Of a DNA stretch of 64,000 bases, positions 30,201 through 42,200 are shown one piece after another (positions within the stretch are counted from its first letter, which is position 1; each line of letters opens with the position of its first letter). The DNA comes from Lytechinus pictus. Taxonomy: Eukaryota. The translations under genes and the position numbers were made by a program. The notes beneath the pieces are model-generated. The model had not been told where the DNA came from. It saw only the letters and a program-made list of their open reading frames with translations, and searched no databases. The DNA is taken from the NCBI RefSeq assembly GCF_037042905.1, contig NC_087263.1, positions 13,642,001-13,706,000 on the forward strand, given 5' to 3'.

Positions 30201-33200
30201 GCTCATTCATATTACTCTCTGTGTCTTTCTCTCCCTTCTCTCTCTTTTTTTTGAGCGGCCATATGGTCTAAAAATGGCCCAATGGACGAAATCCTTTTGA
30301 CCTGAGAATGTAACTTCGTATGGAGGGCAAAATGTACCAAAATCCACTTTGATTAACATGTAATTTTTGTTAGTCCTCCCCTGCCTCCGCTCCTCATCCA
30401 AATTCATTCTGATTTGGTAGACATGTTGTCCATGATGCATTATTGTGTACCTCTTATTTCATTTTCTAAAATCATTCATGCATGACAGTGCATGCACCAT
30501 TTGGAGTGAGTGACATCATCATCTCTCTCATTTGGATGTAACTGGCTCGTTCATATAACTCTTTTGTTAAAAATAAGCGAAACTTTGAAATGTCATAACT
30601 TTCTTTTTTTACATCCGATTTTGATGAAATTTTCAGCATTGTGCTTGTCTGATTTTTCCCTATTGATTCAAATCAACATTTTTATGAGGTGGACTTGACC
30701 TCTAAATCAGACACGTCAATGCATGCACATCGTAATGAAACGATTGCAGTTCTAGTCTTCTTTGCATTGACGCCCAATGGCGACAATGCATTGTTCTTGT
30801 TCCGTATTCCTATTCCGTCGTCTTCTTCTTTGCATTGACGCCCAATGGCGACAATGCATTGTTCTTGTTCCGTATTCCTATTCCGTCGTCTTCTTCTTCT
30901 TCTTCTTCTTCCACCAAATCCCATTTGTTTAACACATGGTTTTTGTTAGCTCTACCCTGGCTCCGTCCCTCATCCAAATTCATCCAAACTTTGTAGACAT
31001 GTCGTCAAGCATCCCTAGTTGTGCACCTCGTTTTCCATTTTCCAAAATCACTCATGCATGACCATCCAGGCGCCATTTTGTAAATTTCAAGTCCATTTGC
31101 ATACCATTACTAATATCGTCCTAACTCCCGCATCCTGCATGTTACAGACTTCTAACAAATTGCTATAGATAGTCAAAGAGTTGCTCCATCATTTGCGACG
31201 TATAACCTGACCTTCAAAATGCCATCTTCATGCCCTAAATTCAAATCCGAAATAGCCTTCCTTCAAAAACGTCATATTTATTGAAACGTAAAGTCAAATA
31301 ATCGTAAAATGGCCATAACTTTCTTCTTTTTATTCAATTCGAGTTGATATTTTCAGGAATTGATACTGGCAACATATCATACATACGACTTAGTTTTTAC
31401 GCATCATCGACCTTCCGGCATTGAAATAGCGCCCTCTAAAGTTTCAAAAACGCTTATCTTTGAATGCTCCTCATTGCGTCATGCATGGCCAAACCCGTAC
31501 CCTTTTTTAGATTTAGGGTGTTCAAGATATGCCCATTCATGCCATTTAGAAAAATATATACCTTACAGCTGACGAAATATCTGAAAAATGCTCCCGAAAA
31601 TCAGCAAAATACGCAAAAATGCACTATAATGCCAGCACAACTTCAACTTACTCTTATTTCCTTATTATTGAAGCTTATCCTTTCTAACTTGGCAGATATG
31701 AGTGTTGATATATACTTCAACCGTTCGTCAACGTTTTGTGACAGAAACTGACATAGAGCTGACGTCAGCTTAAAATTATTGTGCAAAACTGTCATTTTTA
31801 ATGTCTTTCTTTATATGGCATTTACTTCCGGTCTATTGCTTGCGCACAAATAAAAGTGGTATCAATGTCACCGCATTGGAATGTTCTATCCAGTGATACC
31901 AAATACGACATAGGTTACAACAGAAAATTTCAAGATAAGCCATTCTGAACACATGGTATACTACTCACAATGCACACATTATCAACAACAGAATTGTACA
32001 CAATGTCTATGGCATAACGTATTATGCATGCACATCGTTCTGCTATGTACTTTACACTGAGTTACGTTAATGAACTGTCAGGGAAATTTGTATGCTTATT
32101 CATATCACTCTCTGTGTCTTTCTCTCCCTTCTCTCTCTTTGTTGAGCGGCCACATGGTCTAAAAATGGACGAAATCCGTTTGACTCGAGACTGTAACTTC
32201 CTATGGAGGGCAAAATGTACCAAAATCCACTTTGATTAACATGTAATTTTTGTTAGTCCTCCCCTGCCTCCGCTCCTCATCCAGATTCATTCCGATTTGG
32301 TAGACATGTTGTCCATGATGCATTATTGTGTACCTCTTATTTCATTTTCTAAAATCAGTCATGCATGACAGTGCATGCACCATTTTGAGTGAGTGACATC
32401 ATCATCTCTCTCATTTGGATGTAACTGGGTCGTTCATATAACTCTTTTGTTAAAAATAAGCGAAACTTTGAAATGTCATAACTTTCTTATTTTACATCCG
32501 ATTTTGATGAAATTTTCAGCATTGTGCTTGTCTGATTTTTCCCTATTGATTCAAATCAACATTTTTCTGAGGTGGACTTGACCTTTCAATCAGACGCGTC
32601 AATGCATGCACATCGTTCTGAAACGATTGCAGTTCTAGTCTTCTTCTTCTTCTTCTTCCACAAAATCCCATTTGTTTAACACATGGTGTTTGTTAGCTCT
32701 GCCCTGGCTCCGTCCCTCATCCAAATTCATCCAAACTTGGTAGACATGTTGTCCAGCATCCCTTGTTGTGCCCCTCGTCTTCGTTTTTTCAAAATCACTC
32801 ATGCATGACCATCTAGGCGCCATTTTGTAAATTTCAAGTCCATTTGCATACCATTACTAATCTCGTCCTAACTCCCACATCCTGCATTCTACAGACTTCT
32901 AACAAATTGCTATAGATAGTCAAAGAGTTGCCCCATCATTTGCGACGCATAACCTGACCTTCAAAATGCCATCTTCATGCCCTAAATTCAAATCCGAAAT
33001 AGCCTTCCTTCAAAAACGTCATATTTATTGAAATGTAAAGTCAAAAAATCGTAAAATGGCCATAACTTTCTTCTTTTTATTCATTTCGAGCTCATATTTT
33101 CAGGAATTGATACTGGTACCATATCATACATAGGAATTAGTTTTCACGCATCACTAAATTTCCGTTACTGAAATAGCGCCCTCTAAAGTTTAAAAAATGC

Positions 33201-36200
33201 TTATCTTTGAATGCTCCTCATTGCGTCATGCATGGCCAAACCCGTACCCTTTTTTAGATTTAGGGTGTTCAAGATATGCCCTTTCATGCCATTTAGAAAA
33301 AAATATACCTTACCACTGACGAAATATCTTAAAAATGCTCCCGAAAATCAGCAAAATACGCAAAAATGCAGTATAATGCCAGCACAACTTCAACTTGCTC
33401 TTATTTCCTTATTATTGAAGTTTATCCTTTCTAACTTGGCAGATATGAGTATTGATATATACTTCAACCGTTCGTTAACCTTTTGTGACAGAAACTGACA
33501 TAGAGCTGACGTCAGCTCAAAATTATTGTGCAAAACTGTCATTTTTAATGTCTTTCTTTATATGGCATTTACTTCCGGTCTATTGCTTGCGCAAAAATAA
33601 AAGTGGTATCAATGTCACCGCATTGGAATGCCCTATCCAGTGATACCAAATACGACATAGGTTACAACAGAAAATTTCAAGATAAGCCAATCTGAACACA
33701 TGGTATACTACTCACAATGCACACATTATCAACAACAGAATTGTACACAATGTCTATGGCATAACGTATTATGCATGCACATCTTTCTGCTATGTACTTT
33801 ACACTGAGTTACGTTTATGAACTGTCAGGGAAATTTGTAGGCTTATTCATATCACACTCTGTGTGTATTTCTCTCCCTTCTCTCTCTTTGTTGAGTGGCC
33901 ATGGTCTAAAAATGGACGAAATCTGTTTGACTCGAGAATGTAACTTCCTATAGAGGGCAAAATGTCCCAAAATCCACTTTTATTAACATGTAATTTTTCT
34001 TAGTCTTCCCTGCCTCCGCTCCTCATCCAAATTCATTCCGATTTGGTAGACATGTTGTCCATGATGCATTATTGTGTACCTCTTATTTCATTTTCTAAAA
34101 TCATTCATGCATGACAGTGCATGCGCCATTTTGAGTGAGTGACATCATCATCTCTCTCATTTGGATGTAACTGGCTCGTTCATGTAACTATTTTGTTAAA
34201 AATAAGCGAAACTGTGAAATGTCATAACTTTCTTATTTTACATCCGATTTTGATGAAATTTTCAGCATTGTGCTTGTCTGATTTTTCCCTATTGATTCGA
34301 ATCAACATTTTTCTGAGGTGGATTTGACCTTTAAATCAGACGCGTCAATGCATGCACATCGTTCGGAAACGATTGCAGTTCTAGTTGCATTGACGCCCAA
34401 TGGCGACAATGCATTGTTCTTGTTCCGTATTCCTATTCCGTCGTCTTCTTCTTCTTCTTCTTCCACAAAATCCCATTTGTTTAACACATGGTTTTTGTTA
34501 GCTCTACCCTGGCTCCGTCCCTCATCCAAATTCATCCAAACTTTGTAGACATGTTGTCCAGCATTCGTAGTTGTGCACCTCGTCTTCCATTTTCCAAAAT
34601 CACTCATGCATGACCATCAAGGCGCCCTTTTGTAAATTTCAAGTCCATTTGCATACCATTACTAATCTCGTCCTAACTCCCGCATCCTGCATGCTACAGA
34701 CTTCTAACAAATTGCTATAGATAGTCAAAGAGTTGCTCCATCATTTGCGACGTATAACCCGACCTTCAAAATGCCATCTTCATGCCCTAAATTCAAATCC
34801 GAAATAGCCTTCCTTCAAAAACTTCATATTTATTGAAATGTAAAGTCAAAAAATCGTAAAATGGCCATAACTTTCTTGTTTTTATTCAATTCGAGCTCAT
34901 ATATTCAGGAATTGATACTGGCAACATATCATACTTACGACATAGTTTTCACGCATCATTGATCTTCCGGTATTGAAATAGCGCCCTCTAAAGTTTCAAA
35001 AACGCTTACCTTTGAATGCTCCTCATTGCGTCATGCATGACCAAACCCGTACCCTTTTTTAGATTTAGGGTGTTCAAGATATGCCCTTTCATGCCATTTA
35101 GAAAAATATATACCTTACCACTGACGAAATATCTGAAAAATGCTCCCGAAAATCAGCAAATTACGCAAAAATGCACTATACTGCCAGCACAACTTCAACT
35201 TGCTCTTATTTCCTTATTATGGAAGCTTATCCTTTCTAACTTGGCAGATATGAGTATTGATATATACTTCAACCGTTCGTCAACCTTTTGTGACAGAAAC
35301 TGACATAGAGCTGACGTTAGCTTAAAATTATTGCGAAAACTGTAATTTTTAATGTCTTTCTTTATATGGCATTTACTTCCGGTCTATTGCTTGCACACAA
35401 ACAAAAGTGGTATCAATATCACCGCATTGAAATGCTCTTTCCAGTGATACCAAATACGACATAGGTTACAACAGAAAATTTCAAGATAAGTCAATCTGAA
35501 CACATGGTATACTGCTCACAATGCACACATTATCAACAACAGAATTGTACACAATGTCTATGGCATGGGTTTCATGGGTATGAGCGGCCATATGGTCTAA
35601 AATGGTATGGAGGGCAAAATGTACCAAAATCCACTTTGATTAACATGTAATTTTTGTTAGTCCTCCCCTGCCTCCGCTCCTCATCCAAATTCATTCCGAT
35701 TTGGTAGACATGTTGTCCATAATTATTGTGTACCTCTTATTTCATTTTCAAAAATCATTCATGCATGACAGTGCAGGCGCCATTTTGTCCATTTCAAGTC
35801 CATTCGCATACCATTACTAATCTCATCCTAACTCCCGCATCCTGCATGCTACCGACTTCTAACAAATTGCAGTAGATTGTTTAAGAGTTGTTCTTTCATA
35901 TGAAAATACGACTTGGCCTTCAAAATTCCGTCTTCTTGCCCTAAATTCAAATTCAAGATAATCTACGTTCAAAATGTTCATATTTATTGAAATGCAAATT
36001 AGGAAAATCGTAAAATGGCCATAACTTTCTGGTTTTTATTCACTTCCGTCTTATATTTTTATGGTTAACTGATGGTATCACCCTTCACAATTCAACAATT
36101 TTTTACGCATCAGTGACTGTTCAATTTACAAATAGCGCCCTCTATTGCAAAGTCAACAAATAATAAAATGACAATAACTTTGTTGTTATCATTAATTTTG

Positions 36201-39200
36201 GTCTTTTATTTTCAGGGCTGGCTTATGATATCATCCTTCATAATCCATATTCTTTTTACGCATCAGTGACAATTACATTTAGAAATAGCGCCTTCTATTG
36301 AAAACTAAAGAAATGTTAAAATGGTCATAAGTTCCTTGTTCTCATTCATTTCGGTCTCATATTTTCAGGGTATGCTTATTGTATCATTCCACATAATCCA
36401 CATGTGTTGTACGCATCAGTGACCATTCCCTTTACAAAATAGTGAGTGAGTGACATCATCAACTCTCTCATTTGGATGTAACTGGCTCGTTCATATAACT
36501 ATTTTGTTAAAAATAAGTGAAACTTTGAAATGTCATAACTTTCTTATTTTACATCCGATTTTGATGAAAATTTCAGCATTGTGCTTGTCTGATTTTCCAC
36601 TATTGATTCAAATCAAAAATTTTCTGAGGTGGACTTGACCTTTAAATCAGACACGTCAATGCATGCACATCGTAATGAAACGATTGCAGTTCTAGTCTTC
36701 TTCTTCTTCTTCTTCTTCCACCAAATCCTATTTGTTTAACACATGGTTTTTGTTAGCTCTACCCTGGCTCCGTCCCTCATCCAAATTCATCCAAACTTTG
36801 TAGACATGTTGTCCAGCATCCCTAGTTGTGCACCTTGTCTTCCATTTTCCAAAATCACTCATGCATTACCATCCAGGCGCCATTTTGTAAATTTCAAGTC
36901 CATTTGCATACCATTACTAATCTCGTCCTAACTCCCGCATCCTGCATGCTACCGACTTCTAACAAATTGCTATAGATAGTCAAAGAGTTGTTCCATCATT
37001 TGCGACGTATAACCTGACCTTCAAAATGCCATCTTCATGCCCTAAATTCAAATCCGAAATAGCCTTCCTTCAAAAACTTCATATTTATTGAAATGTAAAG
37101 TTAAAAAATCGTAAAATGGCCATAACTTTCTTGTTTTTATTCAATTCGAGCTCATATATTCAGGAATTGATACTGACATGAAATCATACTTACGACATAC
37201 TTTTCACGCATCATTGATCTTCCGGTATTGAAATAGCGCCCTCTAAAGTTTCAAAAACGCTTACCTTTGAATGCTCCTCATTGCGTCATGCATGGCCAAA
37301 CCCGTACCCTTTTTAAGATTTAGGGTGTTCAAGATATGCCCTTTCATGCCATTTAGAAAAAAATATACCTTACCACTGACGAAATATCTGAAAAATGCTC
37401 CCGAAAATCATCAAAATACGCAAAAATGCACTATAATGCCAGTACAACTTCAACTTGCTCTTATTTCCTTATTATTGAAGCTTATCCTTTCTAACTTGGC
37501 AGATATGAGTATTGATATATACTTCAACCGTTCGTCAACCTTTTGTAACAGAAACTGACAAAAATCTGACGTCAGCTTAAAATTATTGTGCAAAACCTTC
37601 ATTTTTAATGTCTTTCTTTATACGGCATTTACTTCCGGTCTATTGCTTTCGCACACATAAAAGTGGTATCAATGTCACCGCATTGGAATGCTCTTTCCAG
37701 TGATACCAAATACGACATAGGTTACAACAGAAAATTTCAAGATAAGCCAATCTGAACACATGGTATACTGCTCACAATGCACATATTATCAACAATAAAA
37801 TTGTACATAATGTCTATGGCATAACGTATTATGCATGCACATCGTTCTGCTATGTACTTTACACTGAGTTACGTTTATGAACTGTCAGGGATATTTGTAT
37901 GCTTATTCATATCACTCTCTCTGTGTCTTTCTCTCCCTTCTCTCTCTTTGTTGAGCGGCCATGGTAAAAAAATGGACGAAATCTGTTTGACTCGAGAATG
38001 CAACTTCCTATGGAGGGCATAATGTCCTAAATCCACTTTGATTAACATGTAATTTTTTTTAATTCCTCCCCTGCCTCCGCTCCTCATCCAAATTCATTTG
38101 GCAGATATGTTGTCGATGATGCATTAGTGTGTACCTCTTATTTCATTTTCTTAAATCATTCATGCATGACAGTGCATGCGCCATTTTGAGTGAGTGACAT
38201 CATCATCTCTCTCATTTGGATGTAACTGGCTCGTTCATATAACTATTTTGTTAAAAATAAGCGAAACTTTGAAATGTCATAACTTTCTTATTTTACATCC
38301 GATTTTGATAAAATTTTCAGCATTGTGCTTGTCTGATTTTTCCCTATTGATTCCAATCAAGATTTTTCTGAGGTGGACTTGACCTTTCAATCAGACGCGT
38401 CAATGCATGCACATCGTTCGGAAACGATTGCAGTTCTAGTTTTCATTTTCTTCTTGTCCTCATTCTCTCTTTTCGTGTTCTTCTTGCATCTCCTTTTTCT
38501 TTATCTTCCATTTTCCTCTTCGTATCCTTCCTCATCATTATTATTCTCATCCCTTTTTACTGCTCCCCCATTCTACATGTACGTCTGCTCGTCCTTCGTA
38601 ATTCTTCTCCTCCTCCCACCTCATCGATTTATGAAGATAAAATTATAAGGAAATGATAGAAATGCTAACGAAGATAATACTTATAATAGAGAAATGAAGT
38701 AAATTCAGTAAATAAAATCATATCCTACACTTTTCCTTTGCTTTTCTTTCCTCCGTTTTTTGTTCTTATTTATAGAACTTTTGGGAGTCATGGCCCCATC
38801 CTTCCATACACAGTGCTGAGCGGTTGGGGTCCGGGGCGGAGCCCCCGAAACTTCTTAATATCAAAGTCATTTAAACCTCGCAGATTGCCGCTATTTTAAT
38901 AAATGTTGTATGCAGTCCATCTTTTTTCCGCTCTTTAATTTCAATTATCGGTAGCCCGGTCGTTTTTTTTTTCTTGTCCTTTTTCTTCGTTTTCCAATTA
39001 AGCTTTTTATTAATTAAATTTTACCTTCGTTTCCCGCTATTGTTACCATTTTGTCATCTTTTAATTTATTTCCCACCGTGCTTTTGCATTACATCGGCCT
39101 AGTTCGGAATGATTTGTTCTTTCTCAAATGTTCTTCTTTCGTACATTTTCCCGCTTTCCTTCATTTTCCATTAAAAATGTTTTTTTCTTCGTTTTCTTTT

Positions 39201-42200
39201 CCCTTTCCCTTTCCTTTTCCTCCTTTCCTTCCCCTTTCTTTCTACCTCCCTTTTTTCTTTTTCCCGTTTTTCTTTTATTTTCCCGGTGAAATCCGCCAGG
39301 GGGGAGGGGGGCAACTTTCCCCCCCCCCCTGCCCCCCCCCCCCCCGCCTGTTACGCCACTGGCTACGGCATGGTCTTCTGATTCATGTTAAATTAAATCG
39401 ACGGGTTGGTTCCCCCACAGTCATTCCAATCGGGCGGAACGGGTAATTATCATAGGTCCAAGAACTCATGGGCAATGACAGAGCTAGGGAAGCGATCTGC
39501 AGATGTAAGAGGGTTTCCTGTTTGCAATTCTCCCACTCCATTTTTGTCACTTGTATTTCTTATTAATCTTTTTACCTCCTCATTTCTTTATCCCTTCCCC
39601 TTGTCATGTTTCCTTGCATTAATTCTTCTTCCTTTTATCTTTGAATCTTAACCAGTCCGCTGGGGGGGGGGGAACTTAATTATTTCTTTTAATTTTCCAG
39701 TTCTACTTACAATATCCAATTTTGTCAACTTAATTCTAATGGTTCCTTTTTTCATCCAACTTCATTTCTTCCTTGAATTTTTCTAAATCTTTTCTATACC
39801 TATTCTTTTTTTAACCTTCACGTTTGACTTGTACAATACGTGTATATTGCCGTTGATTTCTTCTTCCTATCAAATATCTGAATTAATCTGCAATGTGTGT
39901 ATGTCAAATTATTGCAAATTAGATTCCCAGTGTCTAAGGTAAACATAGTAATACGAAAGCATCTTTGGCCTAGTTTCCCTTCCAACTTTGTACTTCACCT
40001 CTTAATCGTATAGCTGCATTCTGTAAAGCTTGCATGTTTGAATATGCACAAAAAATCAATAAACGTACAGGAAATGGTGATAACTCGGTCACATTTGCTC
40101 TATACGGCGGCCATACGGCGAGTCGAAAACAGCCGTTTTATTCGCTTTTTATTCAAACCTCCTATATTTAGCTGGTACAAAAATTGTTAAAACGACTGTT
40201 TTCGACTCGCCTTAAAACAAATGTGACCGAGGTATTTGGCATACTAGATCAACAAGGATGGGGTGCATGCTGGTGCGGATCCTGCCGGAGTAACACAATA
40301 CAATCCAATAGGCGCCGTATTTATTTTGAACAATAGTTGGGCTCTCAAAAGTATTGTGGTCTATTTTGTGACCTCTAGTAAAAGAAGTCAGTGGTTGTAT
40401 ATTCTGCACCTGGAGGGTACAGTTATGTAGTGAATCCCGCCCCCCCCCCCCCTATGAGAGCCATTATCAATTTTGTTGATATAAATATGCCATTTTTACA
40501 CAAGTGTGCCCCCTATAAAACTCACAGCATGTATTTTAATGAGAATATGTCGTTCATAGACAGGTGAGGACCTTCACTTTAGCCTGATAAACACCCCTTT
40601 TCCAAATATATTTGGTTATTAAAATGCACAGAGAGATGGTAGGCAAAGAATATAACTCGAATGTTCATATTAAGAGGAGACCTATATAGAGGGAAGTTAC
40701 ATGGTTAATTAAAAATGTGTTGATAAAATATCAGTCGAATGTTATGTTATAATCTGCTTCGCCAAACAGGTTTTATGTAATATTGCTCTTTATAAAGGCA
40801 AGTATTAAACTACATTAAATGTCGAAATGTTGAGAAATATAATGGAAACCATATTAAAATGCACATTACGAAAAGAAACAAAATCAAGGTTCTAGTATGG
40901 GGACAAAACGAGAACAAGAAAACTACCCATTTGATGCTTATTTTAATTCCCCGAAAGCTGGACGTTGAAAATGACATGGGCCAGCGCATTGCAAGCTGTA
41001 TTTAACGGCTTACCCCATTGTCAAGGTAGACCCCATTCTTGATTGGGGAGATTACCCTTTATTCTTGAACATAGAGGTGGTCTGACTGGTGGCGGATTTC
41101 AATAGAAAGATGACCTCTTGATTGGTGGGGTATTTCAATGGGAGATTGTCACTTTGTCAGCGCTGATGACTGTCTTGATACTTTGATGTTCCCCGATGTG
41201 TCTTCTATTCGAAAACCGTGTTTGCAACTAATCCCAATTATGAGACTATTTGGCATCAAAATGAAAGCCGAACTGTACCCTTTTTATAGATTTCTTTTGA
41301 AAATAAGATATTGACGTTTAAGGTAAAATTGGAATATGAGAAGGCGCTTTATAATATGTAAACCAATATGATTTGTTCATAAGCATCTTTATAATAAATG
41401 TTACAAAATCAAGTTTCATAGAACAGATGTTATACTCGATTTAGTTACAGCCAAAATATTTCAAAGTCATCGAGAGGGTAAGTATCAGACTAAATAATGC
41501 AATCGTGAATGACGAGCTTGAAAAGGGATCATTTTTATCAGGGCGGATCCAGCTTTCGTCAATACAGAGAGAGGACGCAAAATCCCCCCCTAAGCTTATT
41601 TTTGTTGGTTTCCTCAAGGGGGAGTCCAAACAGTGAAAATTTTTGGAAGTTTCCTTTTTTGGGCTCTGGAAATTAAACTATATTTCAAAGTGAGTTTGTG
41701 AAAAAAAATATATGCGTATACATAATTTTCTTTTATTGGCATGATCGTTGGCATGACCCGTTTGGCACTGGTATGCGAGCGTGCAGCGCTTACGGTTTAG
41801 ATTTCTAAAAAGTTTAGACTTGCAGTAAAGCGCTGTAATAATACGCCGCATGTGAAGCCCCTCTATTATTTACAGCCTACTGTGAACTGTGCAACTATTT
41901 CAATTTTGGGTGAAATTCCTTCTCACTTTCTATTTTTTCCTTAGCGTTTAGATAAATATTTTGTGCTTCACTTGTAAGTGGTATACAAATAATGTAAATT
42001 ACTATTAATTGCGTGCGTTCCCGATCTCCTTATCGAAATCAATATTAATGAGCTGAAAGCACGATATTGTTCTCGCTCTAATGGAGGGGGGGGGGGGGTC
42101 AGTGTTCTATCAAGCAAAAGACGTAGGCCTATATGTGCATACGTTCATATCATTGGTGTAATGATAAAGAACCTGATGAATTCTGTTTTTTGTATGTCGA

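Larger units (their letters stand above)
28870..38439 (+). mobile_element. HINE copy C, interrupted by D, E[F] and G
   Basis: Head at 28870; headless body 36696-38439 begins with (TTC)n. Net length about 1.83 kb. Confidence 0.7.

Noticed and set aside
24771..34440. Palindromic 28-bp repeats resembling CRISPR repeats
   Set aside because: They are HINE 5' ends followed by identical sequence rather than unique spacers; eukaryotic context and no cas genes.
24492..38648. ORFs in the HINE nest (poly-Ser, poly-Arg, poly-Glu, [10 protein letters not shown]...)
   Set aside because: These are translations of (TTC)n and non-coding element body; no Rep or helicase motifs, and frames break between copies.
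38790..39361. Element ending GTTACGCCACTG after a poly-C tract
   Set aside because: It looks like one MITE terminus, but no matching left end or TSD was found.
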